From Paramecium tetraurelia (Eukaryota), in NCBI GenBank assembly GCA_000165425.1, contig CT868006.1, positions 124,001 through 188,000 on the forward strand: a DNA stretch of 64,000 bases, in the 5' to 3' direction. Both the position numbers and the translations under genes were made by a program. A model generated the notes under the pieces. That model was not told the origin of the DNA and did no database searches. It was given only the letters and a program-made list of their open reading frames with translations. Within the stretch, counting starts at the first letter, position 1. Every line of letters starts with the position of its first letter. Below are positions 42,456 through 58,760 of this stretch, piece by piece.

Positions 42456-43249
42456 ATATATGTCAATCAATTTATATATATATATTTAAAACTTATTTCA
42501 ATTTTATTTAATACCCTTTTCATTAGCATTGCCTTCTAAGTATTATGAGGTATCTGCATAATGTTCTCTTATCCAACAGAAGGTGATCATGTTATGCATA
42601 TACTCTCACTTGAAATAAATTTCAATAAACATATATTTGTTATTATCCAATTAATATTTATGCATATGTGATTATTTAAACCATTAACTCTTCATTGAAT
42701 GCAACCCTCTCTCTGTTTTTAAATCATCTGGTAATGTTCTTCAATTCTACTTACTCGTTGTTTTCTTTCTTCAATAGATATATGAATTCTTAGTTTTTAA
42801 ATTATACAATCATAAAACGAGTTATTATTTATCTCAATATTTAATATTCTTAGTTTTCAATGAATCTAATTATCAATCCTGATCTACTCCACTATTCTAT
42901 ATATTAATTCTATTCGTCTCTTGATACAAACGATGCTTTTAGATCTAAGTAATTGTCCAATTTGAATATTTCAGTCCATACATTCTCTCTTTATGAGTAA
43001 GAGTCTCGAATTCATTCAAATAAAATATTGCATTTAAATTATTAGCTCTCATTCCTTATAGTAGTTTTGGATATTAATTCATACAATTTTAAACACTTTG
43101 CCTTTTTTATGTATTTAGATCCATATAATCCTGGAGTCATTTCTTGCCTTTATTCATTATTGCCATAATTTTAATAATTTTATCGATCAATCAGCTTCAA
43201 AACTTCTTATTTTATTATACGTATTATAATTATTACTATCGTATTCATT

Positions 43250-43891
43250 ATGTTTAACATAAACCACCATAGTAATCTTGCAATCCCTACATTCTCTCAC
43301 AAAGAATGTTTGTAAACATTCAATTCATATCATTAGGTCATTCCAACTTCGATCAAGCAAATGAGGGAGTCCATTCAAATACCATACAATCAAGACATCA
43401 TGAAAGCTAGCACCATCTTAGAAGTGGGTTTACGAACTCGTAATACTCATTACAAAGAGCGATTAGAAGGTATTTTACACCACTATTCTAGATTTATACC
43501 TCAAATATGCAGATGGTTGCATTTATAGGGGTCAAGGTATTCCACCTTCTTAAAGACATGGCATGAGAGTCCTATTCAATACTGAAAGTTAGGAGGTTTA
43601 TTCCGGAGAATGGTTCAACAACCTTTATGAGGGATTTGGAATTTTGATTAACCAATCTCCACATTTGATTAAACATAAAATTGACCCCAAGGATTTAAAT
43701 ACTATTGAAGATAGTTGGAATGATTACAAAGGCTATTTTAAATAAATAAAATGCATAGGGAAGGTATTCTAACACTTACAAATGGTTAGAAATTTGAAGG
43801 TCATTTCATTAACGGTATGATTCATGGTAAAGGTCGTTTTTATGGAGACTAAATTATTGTTGGAAATTGGTTGGAAGGTGTTTTAATTTGA
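43250..43891 (+). pseudogene. MORN-repeat gene with apparent -1 frameshift (pseudogene or assembly error)
   Basis: YADGCIYRG, YSGEW..YEGFG and YKGYF lie in one frame. MHREG..FEGHF..IHGKG resumes one base out of frame at about 43745. Confidence 0.6.
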
Positions 43892-44227
43892 CAGATTATA
43901 TATCTATTTTACTACTCACAATTCCTTATAGAATTCTGTCAATCTATTTAGCATTAGAATTTCTATAATATCTCTTGATTAATTAGCATTCATTCTCTTG
44001 ATTAAATTAGCATTCTTATTAGTTATTCATTTAATGATGAATCGAAAACACATAAGTGGTGACTATTTCTCTTTAAGATAATTAATTTATAGTAAATTTC
44101 TTTATCATGCAAATTTAATGAGAATAGCCAAGTAAGACTTAACAACTTAATAATATAATATATACATAAAATCTTAAAAAATAAAAAAATTAATTTATTA
44201 ATTAATCTATAAAATAATGATTACAAG

Positions 44228-45978
<1,751 letters not shown>

Positions 45979-46963
45979 TCAAATATTATAATTTAAAATC
46001 GATGTGATTTGACAACTTAAATCAATTTGAAGTTTGTATTATATTAGTATAAATCAGATGACTTATAAAATTAATATTAATAGCAAATATTTATTTATAC
46101 TATCTGAATTGATAATTATCGAGAATATTATGAATTTCACTTTATCTCTATTGAGAATCAAGGGATAATATAAATATTCCATATTATTTTTTAATATAAA
46201 AAATGGATTAATTATTTAATTAATACCAATTTTATGATATAAATAATTTTTTTGTTCCTTATTTGCGTTCCTACTAGTTGTAATTCAGGTAACAATAAAT
46301 AATCATAGGCTTGGGAGAAAGATTTCGATGTCAGAGTAAAAATAATTATAAAAAATCTTTGCCAATTGTTTTTTGGAAAATCTATTTAAAAAAATGACTC
46401 AAACTCTTCCAAATATTTAATTTCTTTCCTGATAATTATTTGAAACTAATGGATCAATTTGAATTTGAAAAATACATTTGATGAGCAAAGAATAAATTGA
46501 AATATTGAAAATTTTGGAAAGAGTTGTTTAGCAATTGGATCAGGGACAAAACCTGATTAATATCTCTATATTTCTAAATATTTCTTAAAATCAATTTGAG
46601 TCTAAGTTTGACTTTAAAACACATTTAATAAAATTTTAGAAAAATCTTTGGTCACTCCTTGTTGAGTCTAGACCTTAACAAATGATTTGGGCCTAATTTA
46701 ATATATTTGTGGATTTTTATGTAAATATCATTCATTAATGAATTAATAGATAATTGAATAATTTTGAAACTTTCTGTGGACAATCACTAACCTTGATGAA
46801 ATTATGTTCGTAGTTCTGAATATAGTGACTAGAAAAGAGTTCCCATTTAAACTTATATGATAAATTGAAAATAGGAATACATAGTGATTAATTATTAAAA
46901 CCATAATTCCCTAAAAAATGTGTCTCTTATTTTATTTATTAATTTACAATATTAAACCATAAA

Positions 46964-48519
46964 ATGAAATCAAATTTAAGGGAATTATATCATGTAGAAG
47001 AAAATTAAAAAGGCTTTATAGCTTAAGGCGCATTCTCACATGTCTATGCATGTAGGAGGAAAAATGGAAATTAACAGGAACCTTTGTGTGTAAAGATTAT
47101 CAAAAAAAAAATTTATACAATGAATCGAACTTTATAAGAGATTGAAATATTGAATGAAATAAAACAGCTCAAATCTGAGAATCTTTTGCATATAGATCAC
47201 ATTAGTGAATCTGAATCACAATTTGAAGTAGTAATGGAAAGGTGTGATATGGATTTAGAATAAGAGTTCAAACTTTTAAAATCGAAAAACAAGTGGTACA
47301 CTGAGTAAGATTGCTTAAATATTGTAACATAAATTATGAATGGAATCCGTGTTTTATATAATAAGAATATTATTCATAGAGATATCAAACCTGCTAATAT
47401 TTTAGTGAAAATTATTAATACAGATAAGAATGAGCAAAAGAGAGTCTACTAAGTAAAATATTAAAAAATCAAAATAGATTGCAGATTTTGGATTTAGTAG
47501 AATTTTGAACGATTTTTGTGGTGTTGATTATTATACTTAATTGGGAACTCCACTTTATGCTTCTCCATAAATCTTTGGCTCAGAACCTTATTCAGGTAAA
47601 TGTGACATATACTCTCTCGGGATTTTATTTTATTAATTATTTTTTGAAGGTAATATGCCTAATTAATTGTAAACAAAAGGAGATCTCTTAAATTTCCATA
47701 AGACCCTCGAAAATAAATAGTTTAAATTTAATTCTCCAAAATATCATAATGCAAAACTTATAACTCATTTGCTCTAATTGATGATCGTCTATAAGGAAGA
47801 GGAGAGAATATCGTTTGAACAAATTTTTTAACACCAAATTCTTAAAATCAAAATTTCATTTAATTATTCTGATTCAATATTCAGTGAAGTTTAGTAGGGC
47901 GATTGTCTCAATAAACTATACGCAATGCAATTATAATTATACCGGAAATACCTGTTTTATAAATCGGTTTCTTAAAAATTAGTTTAATCTCAGTAAATTG
48001 AGGTGCAAGCTGCTTTATATTGTTTAACGTAATTAGGATTTAAATAACTTCATTTTTGCTTAGGCTTCATTCATATTATAATATCTGATATTCATCCTCA
48101 TTTCAACAAAGATAATATATACCCCTTATTGTAAGAATTGAAGTTATGCGAAATGAATATAGACAAACATCCTTAATATTAGTTGCTAATCAAAATAATA
48201 AAACAAAAATATTATTCTGAAAAGGGGGATTTGTAAAAATAAATGAACTAATTGGAAACTGAACAGAACTCTAATACATAGAAGAGTGAATCTATGAGGA
48301 CTTTTATGGAAATTTTTCAATTAAGTAAAAGTGCAAATATTGAACAAAAGTAGCTAACCGACCTACTTCAATTATTTTTAGAATAAAAACTTTTAATGTA
48401 ATAATTTTTTTAATTGAAGTGGATTTGAAGCTGATATCAAGAAGTCAATACTTTTGGAAGAGAGATTTCCAATTCAAAATAGTTAAGATATCAATCCAGA
48501 TGACATTTTTAAAGTCTGA
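46964..48519 (+). CDS. Ser/Thr protein kinase (ULK/ATG1-like catalytic domain)
   Basis: IAQGAFSHV, CVKII, HRDIKPANIL, ADFGFS, GTPLYASPQ and CDIYSLG. Confidence 0.9.
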
Positions 48520-48614
48520 AATTAATTAGGGGTTCTTTATTCAATTTTTAAAATGGTTAGTATATTTTTAGATTTACAAATTTTGTTTAGAATAAAAATA
48601 CTGTAATTTATAAT

Positions 48615-51600
48615 TCACATCAATCCAAAGCCTTCTGCATTATCTAAAGATATCATCAATTTATCCCTTAATGTTTCTTTCTTCTTGTATAGTGGCAATA
48701 ATAAAACATTGAAACAAGTGTGAGCTGATGGCAATTATTCAGTATCTAATATTATTAACGAATCTAACCTTCACCATGCTTTTAAATTACAAATTTTATT
48801 GACTTTAGTCCTCCTACAGGAATCCTATCTGTCCCTGTACAGAAAAACAGAAATCTCTTTTACATTTCAATACTCAAAGAATGAATACAACTCCAGAAGT
48901 ACCTATTAATATTCAATTAATCTAAACCTTATATACTCAGACTTATCATCGTAGCCATCATATTTTGTAACTAATTCCAAGTCTTTTAAGTCAAAGTGTG
49001 GCAAACCAATAATTAGTGCCTATAACTCTTCCCCAGAAAATAACTATTTATTGAAATACTCAATACTTTTATTCCATCTCCATCAACCACAGATTTAAAT
49101 CCTGAATGCAATAAATCAAACTAGCTTTTAACAAGTTTATTTAGGTACCAATCTGTATACAATTCTATATATTCTTCTCTATTCTCTTTTGTGACATTAA
49201 CTTAGAACCCATTTGGCTTAATATATAGATAAAATATCTATACTTTCAAATCATCAAAATATGCTTCTCCCCAAACAACATAACTTGCATTAAAATTGAG
49301 AGCAAGATTCGCAATTAAATTAGAATCTGTTTGTTCTCTCAAATACTAAAAACCTGTATATATTTCCATATCCAATTCCTTTAAATCCTCCTCTGTAACT
49401 TTTTCATTCTATAATTTTTTGAATAGAACAGTTGGGAATCTTACATCAAGCAACACCTAATTATAGAGAGCCAACCCTAACAATTTTCCGATCAATGAAT
49501 AGTATATTGGCATTTCAAATGACTTCGGATTAAACCAATACACTGTTCCATTGTTTTTCGGGATAAACATTCCATAATCTGGTGAAATCAGTTTCTCCAT
49601 CATCAACCTGAAAAACTCTCTTTTTGGACCTCCTTCATCTACACCTTGTTCTCCTATAAATTACACTTTCAAAGGGTTCTTTAATGGAATATGGGTTATT
49701 TATAATTATTTTATTGCTGATTCTATAATATTGTTTCTCTCAATCTATAAACTAAGATATGGAGCTTGTCCAGTAAAATGGTACTTTACTGAATGGCTCA
49801 TACTGTCGTGTTATTTGACTTTACAGTCTAGACTCAGCAACTTAGATTTAAACTCAATTGGAATAGACCAAGCATATAAACAAAAAGTAAACGAATAATT
49901 CCTCCATTGTTTTGCTGCATAATAACGAAATTGTGAAAACTCCTCTTTGTCAGCATCTTGTTTATACAATTTTGTTATTAGATCAATTACGAATTCTGAA
50001 GACTACAATCTAGTATTCATTTTGTTTGATTTTTGTAAGATTTGGAATAGTTCAAATAAACCAACCATTTTATAAGTATCTTCAATTTCCAGAAAAGGCA
50101 TTAAAGGTGTGTGTTACTGTCTTAGAATCTCAGAGTTAATTAATTTTTTAATCTTTTTTGTCGTATCTTCGAACTCTGCTTTTGACAGATTTGTAAACCA
50201 TCTAGATAATTATAATTTTTATTTCACATCAAGTCTTCTAATAATTTTTAATATTATTTATGATTTTTCATCGACAATATGTTCCAAAAATTAACGAAAT
50301 TGTAATATCAAATAGAGCGCTCTCAATTAATATAAGTTAGTTAAAGGTTCATAATTTTTTTCTTTTTAAGAAAATAAAATATTTATAATTAGAGTGAACC
50401 CTTTTTTGTAATTGAAGAATTTTGATTATGTTTCAATAATTAAATTAGTATCTACATCTGCATTCTATAAATCAATAGCATAAACGCCAGACTTATTGTA
50501 GAAATTTTCAACAAACGATGCTCCAAATATTTCCAGTTACTGAGAAATTTTGATTATGGCCTCTGGTAAATCCAGTTAAAACTCTGACATTTGTAATGGA
50601 ACCAATTTATTGTTGATGTTTTTTCCCTGATAACATAATTAATTCCAATTGACTTCCTCATTTTCTACCAATTATTAACAAATTCCTTTGATGTCATCTT
50701 AACTAAAATCTTGTTCAAGAAAACCATTGTTCAATTTACAATGCGGAAAGTCGCATACATATTTACCACAACCATTTAAAGCTCTATTGAACAAGAGTTC
50801 AGTATCAAGTTCAATTTACTATTATTCATCCATTTTATTAAACTGCCATTTATTTGACTCAAAATCTAAAATTAAACAATTATCTCTTTTTGATTATAGT
50901 TGAAAGACCATAAGAGTTTCTTGTAAAACATCACCATCAATTAGCATGGTTTGTTCCAACTATGATGTTATCAGATCGACATTGTAATTCTAATGTCTAG
51001 GTAACCAGATCCTGATGTTGGTTATTGGATTCTATTTTTATTCATCTTAGAATGTGGCTTTTAGTAAATCTAGCCAAGATTTAATTTCAGAATGATGGTC
51101 TACTTAGGCTTTTACACTATAAATTTTGTTGTCTCTTAAGGACTAGTAGATTAACGTAAACTAAAATTAATAAAATTGTATACTCGAGCCAAATTAGGAT
51201 AGACAACTTTTTTTTTTTCATTCTCTTAATAGAATCCAATCCTTTTCTATGGTTCAATTGATGAGTATTTCTCCTTAAATAGATCGAAAACTTCCTTAAG
51301 AATCTAGTTGTTTATCAATTTAATTTTTACGTATTCATAATCCCATTCATTTTCCAAATATCGAATACTGGAATTGTAAACATGATCTTCAGGTATGTAT
51401 TTAAACACCTTTTCATTGCTTTACAAATCTGAATTCATTTTATCAGGCTAATATATTTAAATTTCAATACTTTCTTTCTTGCCTCTTTCTATTGATCTCC
51501 CATTTCTTCATAATAATCCACATAATATTTCCATTATTTAACAAATTTTTTAGATACCAAATAGTACTCTATTCCACCTTTCTCCCTCAATGTTTTATCA

Positions 51601-51719
51601 TATCTCTATTGTAATCAAGTTAAATTTACTCTTCTTCCATCATCATATCTTTTGATTTCTTCATACTCAATTGGATCTCCTACTGGTTGGTGCCAATTAT
51701 GCAAGAAGTGATTAATCAT
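48615..51719 (-). CDS. HECT E3 ubiquitin ligase (UBE3A-like AZUL + HECT) with N-terminal DUSP-UBL module
   Basis: HECT motifs GEQGVDEGGPKREFF, FCTGTDRIP, catalytic LPSAHTCFN and EGFGLM*. AZUL-like GCGKYVCDFPHC lies near 50740-50780. The upstream frame is continuous from MINHFL at 51719 through a DUSP-like and a UBL-like segment. Confidence 0.88.
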
Positions 51720-52458
51720 CAAAATCAATATAATTTAGATTAGTATTAATTAAATTAATTCTCACATCTAAAAAGGTATTGAAAATGCAAATCAATTTCC
51801 TAACTACTATTCCATATTGAGGTTTCTGAATCCTTAATTTAGACGTTGAATCATTACATAAAAAATGGAAGGTTTGGATTACTTCAAAATATATTTGATA
51901 AATGGTACACTGACTTATTAATCGTTATTGCTTAAATTAGAAGAAAATCAGAGTTCTAGCAGAGTTCTATCTGGTCTCATATTTATATTAGAATTTAATT
52001 AGATTTTCGAATGTAAGAGAATTAAGAAATGAAAATTTATGGAAGAAAAAGAGAGTGTCCATATCAGAGAATTTTTGGACTAATATAAGAAATTTGAAGG
52101 GATGATATGTGATAAAGAAGCAGTTTCAAGCATTATTTAATTAACAGTTGATTTATATGAGTCATTATATTTGAACAATAGAATTAAATTTAAAAATATT
52201 GAATACTGTTGAATGTTATAAACATTTATTTTGTAGTAATGGATTGAAATAATACTACATAAAAAAGATCAGAAAAATTAGATCACTATTGAAAGAAATA
52301 AGTGAGAATAACATAAAAATAAAAATAGAGTTGAACTATTATAATATGGCATTTCTAATTAAATATTATGATTGATATCATAAAAATGCTATGTAGGATT
52401 TAAACAAAAGGTATAAATTACTGTATTTATGATATTATTAGCAAACTTAGTCATATAT

Positions 52459-52998
52459 TCATTATAGCTCCAATTTTATTTTAATATCAACCAATTTTTC
52501 ATTTTATCTCAATGGGATTACTTTTATTTAATATTAATTTTAATTTTATTTATTGATTTTTTTGGATTCACACAAAGGTTATTTCATAATAACATGATCA
52601 GTTTCAGGCTTTAAATCAACAAAATGCTTATATGGATATATTTTCCATTTTTAATTAAAGTCATTAAAGTATTGATTAATTTTATCGTCATATTCTACTT
52701 TTGAATTTTAAGATTATTGGCTCAATTTGAAAACAAAGTTTTAATGCTGCCATTCAGTAAAATCACTCTTCAAACTCGATTGTATGATATCAGGTTGAAT
52801 GTTTTCGACAAGCTTAAGTGAATTCAGCAAAGACGCTTACATTTTTAAATCCATTCTCTTAGGATTAGGCTTGCTGATTGGTTTCTTTACACTCTATTAT
52901 CCTTTTATGCTTGACTTATTTTAGGGTAGTTCTTAGGCTTTCGGTCTCTTTTTTATTGGTATTAAGGCTATTTCATCGTCTTCTCCGAATTATTCCAT
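52459..52998 (-). CDS. Hypothetical protein
   Basis: An open ciliate-code frame, MEQFGEDDE...IKLELQ*. Confidence 0.55.
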
Positions 52999-53377
52999 TT
53001 TATGAAAACCAATATGTTTTAAAGTATAAAAATTACAACCTTTATTTAGAACAATTTACCGCCTTGATGAAAATTATAGAATTCAAAGAATAAAAATGAT
53101 ATTATTCAATGAATTGTATCATTCCTGCATTAAAAAAATTATTAGATGATCATATATAATAGATCAGCATGATCTAATTTGTATTTTACATATAGCAATA
53201 TAACTTAAAGGACGAATTTGCGTTCTTTAAGAAATTAAACATCAGGTTTCTGCAACTAAGAAGCATCGTTTAAATTTGAAAAAATAATTGTGTCTCTTTG
53301 AATGTGAATAATTAGTATAATTATCAAATTCATCGTTAAAAAGTCTAAGTATATATAATAAATAAAATTATTAAAAA

Positions 53378-53916
53378 ATGTAAGAAATTGAAGCGAAGAA
53401 GCAATTAAAAGCAAGTGAAGGAGCTCATTTTTTTTATACTTTGATATTCCTTTCAGCTTCTGGTATAATTGAGACTCAATTTATTGAACAGAAATGTAAT
53501 CAAAATCTGCAATTGTTTGTTCACTTAGTATTCTATGGATTAATTATCTGGGGTACATACATTTTAATTACATTGATACCGAGGTATGTGTTATAAGTTG
53601 AATTTAATTAGATATAAAAATGCAGCTATCAACTTATTTTTCAATTTTCTTGATATCTGTTTTGGTATATACATAGGACTGTTATTGTTTTTTGGAGGAC
53701 GTATGTACATGGCATCTAATGATTGTTTAGCTGAAGCTCCTGCATTATACTTCTTTTTGGAGACATTTTTGTTGGTACTCTTTAATTTGAAATTATTAGG
53801 TTAACGGCATCATATTTGCAATATTGTTTTTAGCATTTGTGTCGTATGTCTTAAAGAGATTTTCTAAATCATAGCAAGTTTATGATGAAGGCAAAGATGA
53901 ATTTTATGATGCATGA
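53378..53916 (+). CDS. Small multi-pass (about 4 TM) membrane protein
   Basis: Four hydrophobic stretches, two luminal Cys, two tiny introns and an acidic tail YDEGKDEFYDA*. Confidence 0.8.
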
Positions 53917-53935
53917 TAATAATTTTTAATAATAT

Positions 53936-55631
53936 ATGAATAATTCAGTCTAAAACATACGAAGACCTGTAACATCTTAAAACTACAGATCGATAGATAA
54001 GTTAGGCAACAACAGCCAACAAAAACTACCAAATTTAAGTGATGTTATGAACCTGAAATTGAAGCAACAGAGTGAAAGAGAGTTACAGGAGCTGATTCAA
54101 AAATTGGTGAAGCAAGTTCAATAACTCAATTCAGCAGTCATCTAAAAAGACAAATAAATTTAACAATATGAATTCATGATTAAATCTCTTTAAATCGCGA
54201 TAGAAAAAAGAGATTGCATTATTAGTGCATTGAGAGTCGAGAAGCAATAAATAGTTGAGATCGTGAATCCATTGAAACCTATGGTAAAGACTGACGATTC
54301 ATCAAGAACTCCTAGTTTGGGTCCTAAGAAATCAATGAGGACCAGAACAAAAGACACTAATTTCGATGAAAATCTCTCTGCTATCCTTGACTCTGACTAT
54401 GGTAAATATATTAGAATTAGTTTGAGCCTTGCTAAGTTAATATGTAAAATGTTATGAAGAATTAAATCATTTGACATAGATAAAGAATTTAGTCTCCAAT
54501 GAAGATTAGTTCTTTGCTAACATTTAGAAAATGGAATTGAGCAACATAGTTCACATTTTCGATGCAATCTAATTAGTCCTGTAAGAACACAAGTTATTGT
54601 TCAAAAATGTTATCAAGCAAAATAAACTATTTGAAGCTTGTCTACAAATATATGAAGTAATTTATTCTTATGATCAATTTTCAGCAAATCCCTTTGAATG
54701 ACTAATTAGAGAGCTTGCAGGGATTATTGAAAGACTCCCTAAATTGTGATAAGGTTTAGATCTACGTACTCGACAGCGAACACTAAGAGTTATGGACAAA
54801 AACTAAAGACAGAGTGTTAAGAATATAGGCAAATGAAGATATCATCGGAGTTTGCTTTTAAGAAAGGGGTTTAATCAATGTCCACAATGCGTATAACGAT
54901 CCTAGGTTCAAAAAAGAAAATGATAAAGGATATAAGACAAATACTCTTCTTTTATGTCCAATTTTGGATAAGTAATAGAATTCAATTGGAGTTGTTATGG
55001 CAATCAATAAACTCACTGGGCATTTTAATAATGATGATCAATTGTTCATTTCCAAGACCTCAGAAATGATATCCATTTTATTAAGAAATCATCAGCAATC
55101 CAATGAGTCTATCAGTATCCAGAATGCTCTAAGAAATGTGATCTAAGTATTGAAATTGTTGTTCCACTTAGGCTTAACTTCAATTAGTGTACATGAATGA
55201 TACAGAGCACATCTTATTTGAAGCTGAAAACCTATTGAAGAATTTGTTTCACACTTAAAAAGGCTTAGTTTATGTGGTTAATAATAATCGATTACTAAGA
55301 GTGAACGAAAAGAAATTATTAGAAGTGTCATAACTAGGAATTGGAATTGTTGGAGAAGCTCATAAAGTCAAAGAGTTCTTGTGGGTTTAGAATGCTTACA
55401 ATCACTAATCATTTAACAACTTAGGTTTTTGCTTAATTTTATTTTTCAGTTGACATTCAAACTACTATGCCTATCTACTGCATTGAAGTCGAAGGGAAAA
55501 ATCAATCGGTCATTTTATAAGTTATAAACAACAAGGGGATCAGGTCCTAGAAGGTCAGTTCATTTGATTAGGAATTATTAGAAATGTTCGGAAAAATTAT
55601 TTTAAGTAAAATTGATTTTATATAATTATGA
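53936..55631 (+). CDS. Coiled-coil + GAF-domain protein
   Basis: N-terminal coiled coil, then a GAF domain LLNCDKVQIYVLD..ELWT..INVHNAYNDPRF..GYKTNTLLLCPI..GVVMAINK..FNNDD, and a degenerate second GAF-like tail. Confidence 0.85.
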
Positions 55632-56574
55632 TCTTTATACATTACAATTAATGATTCAAACACATTTAATTATAACTTAATTTATATAAAATATTATTCA
55701 TCTATTTTGTATATTTAAGTTCTGGTTAATATCATTATTAAATTGATAGGTTATATAGTGTAAAATTCTTAAACCTAATTGTATGATAACAAAATTACTT
55801 TAATAATATTACTAACATATTTATTTAGCAATTAACTTTATTTACCATTTGATCCAATATATAAGTGGACAGAATAAGATTAATTTGTATCTAAAAATCT
55901 ATTTTTTCTATTTTAAGAAAATTCATCTTCAGGCTACTTTAGTAAATTATAATATCAAACCCATTAATTTTATCGAAAATGCTTCTATTATAAGATCCAC
56001 AAACTCAAATAATTAGTTATTGAAAGAACAAAAATCAAAATGGCAATTTATTTTTCAATAATTAATTTTAAGATCATACATCGCTTAATATTTTTAATTG
56101 ATATTTTAAGCCTTGAATTGGGTAATGATTTAAAGTTATTTTGCAGTACATTTTACTTGGAGACTTGAGTAGGAAATGTTGAGATATTCTAGAACAGCAA
56201 TCTCATTTATAGCATTTAATAAATCATTTATTAAGTAGAAATAAAAAAATAATAATATAGATTTATGTTGATTTGGTCTTATGCATTTATTGTAAAGATG
56301 GTTTCAAATGATGGCTTAGAAGGGTAGATAAAAAATAAATAGATTTGGAGGGTAGGTTGAAAGTCAAGCCTTAGTTTTTCAAACAGATAGTATTTAAGGA
56401 GGAAGTATTTGATTTTTATATGAATTAAAGATATTTAAAATTAGATGATTAATAAATTCAACATAAATTAGTATTAAAATTTGAAGTAAGGGATAGGATT
56501 AGAATTAGAGTGAGGAGGAAGGAGGAAAAAGGGGAAGATTAATAAATAATATATATAATAATATTTTATGGATA

Positions 56575-56584
56575 GTTCTAGAAT
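56575..56584. promoter_or_regulatory. Possible heat-shock element core (nTTCnnGAAn)
   Basis: gTTCtaGAAt lies about 70 nt upstream of the Hsp70 ATG, with a second TTCtaGAA near 56187. Each has only two units, so the evidence is weak. Confidence 0.3.
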
Positions 56585-56653
56585 AAAAGGGAATTTTAAT
56601 AGTTAAGGAGATTGATTTTGATTAAGAATTAAAAATTAATTTGAGGTAATAAA

Positions 56654-58754
<2,101 letters not shown>

Positions 58755-58760
58755 TATATT

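Noticed and set aside
56500..56540. Purine-rich GGAGGA tract as a Shine-Dalgarno or G-quadruplex element
   Set aside because: This is a eukaryotic nuclear locus, and the G runs are mostly two long, so no function can be supported.
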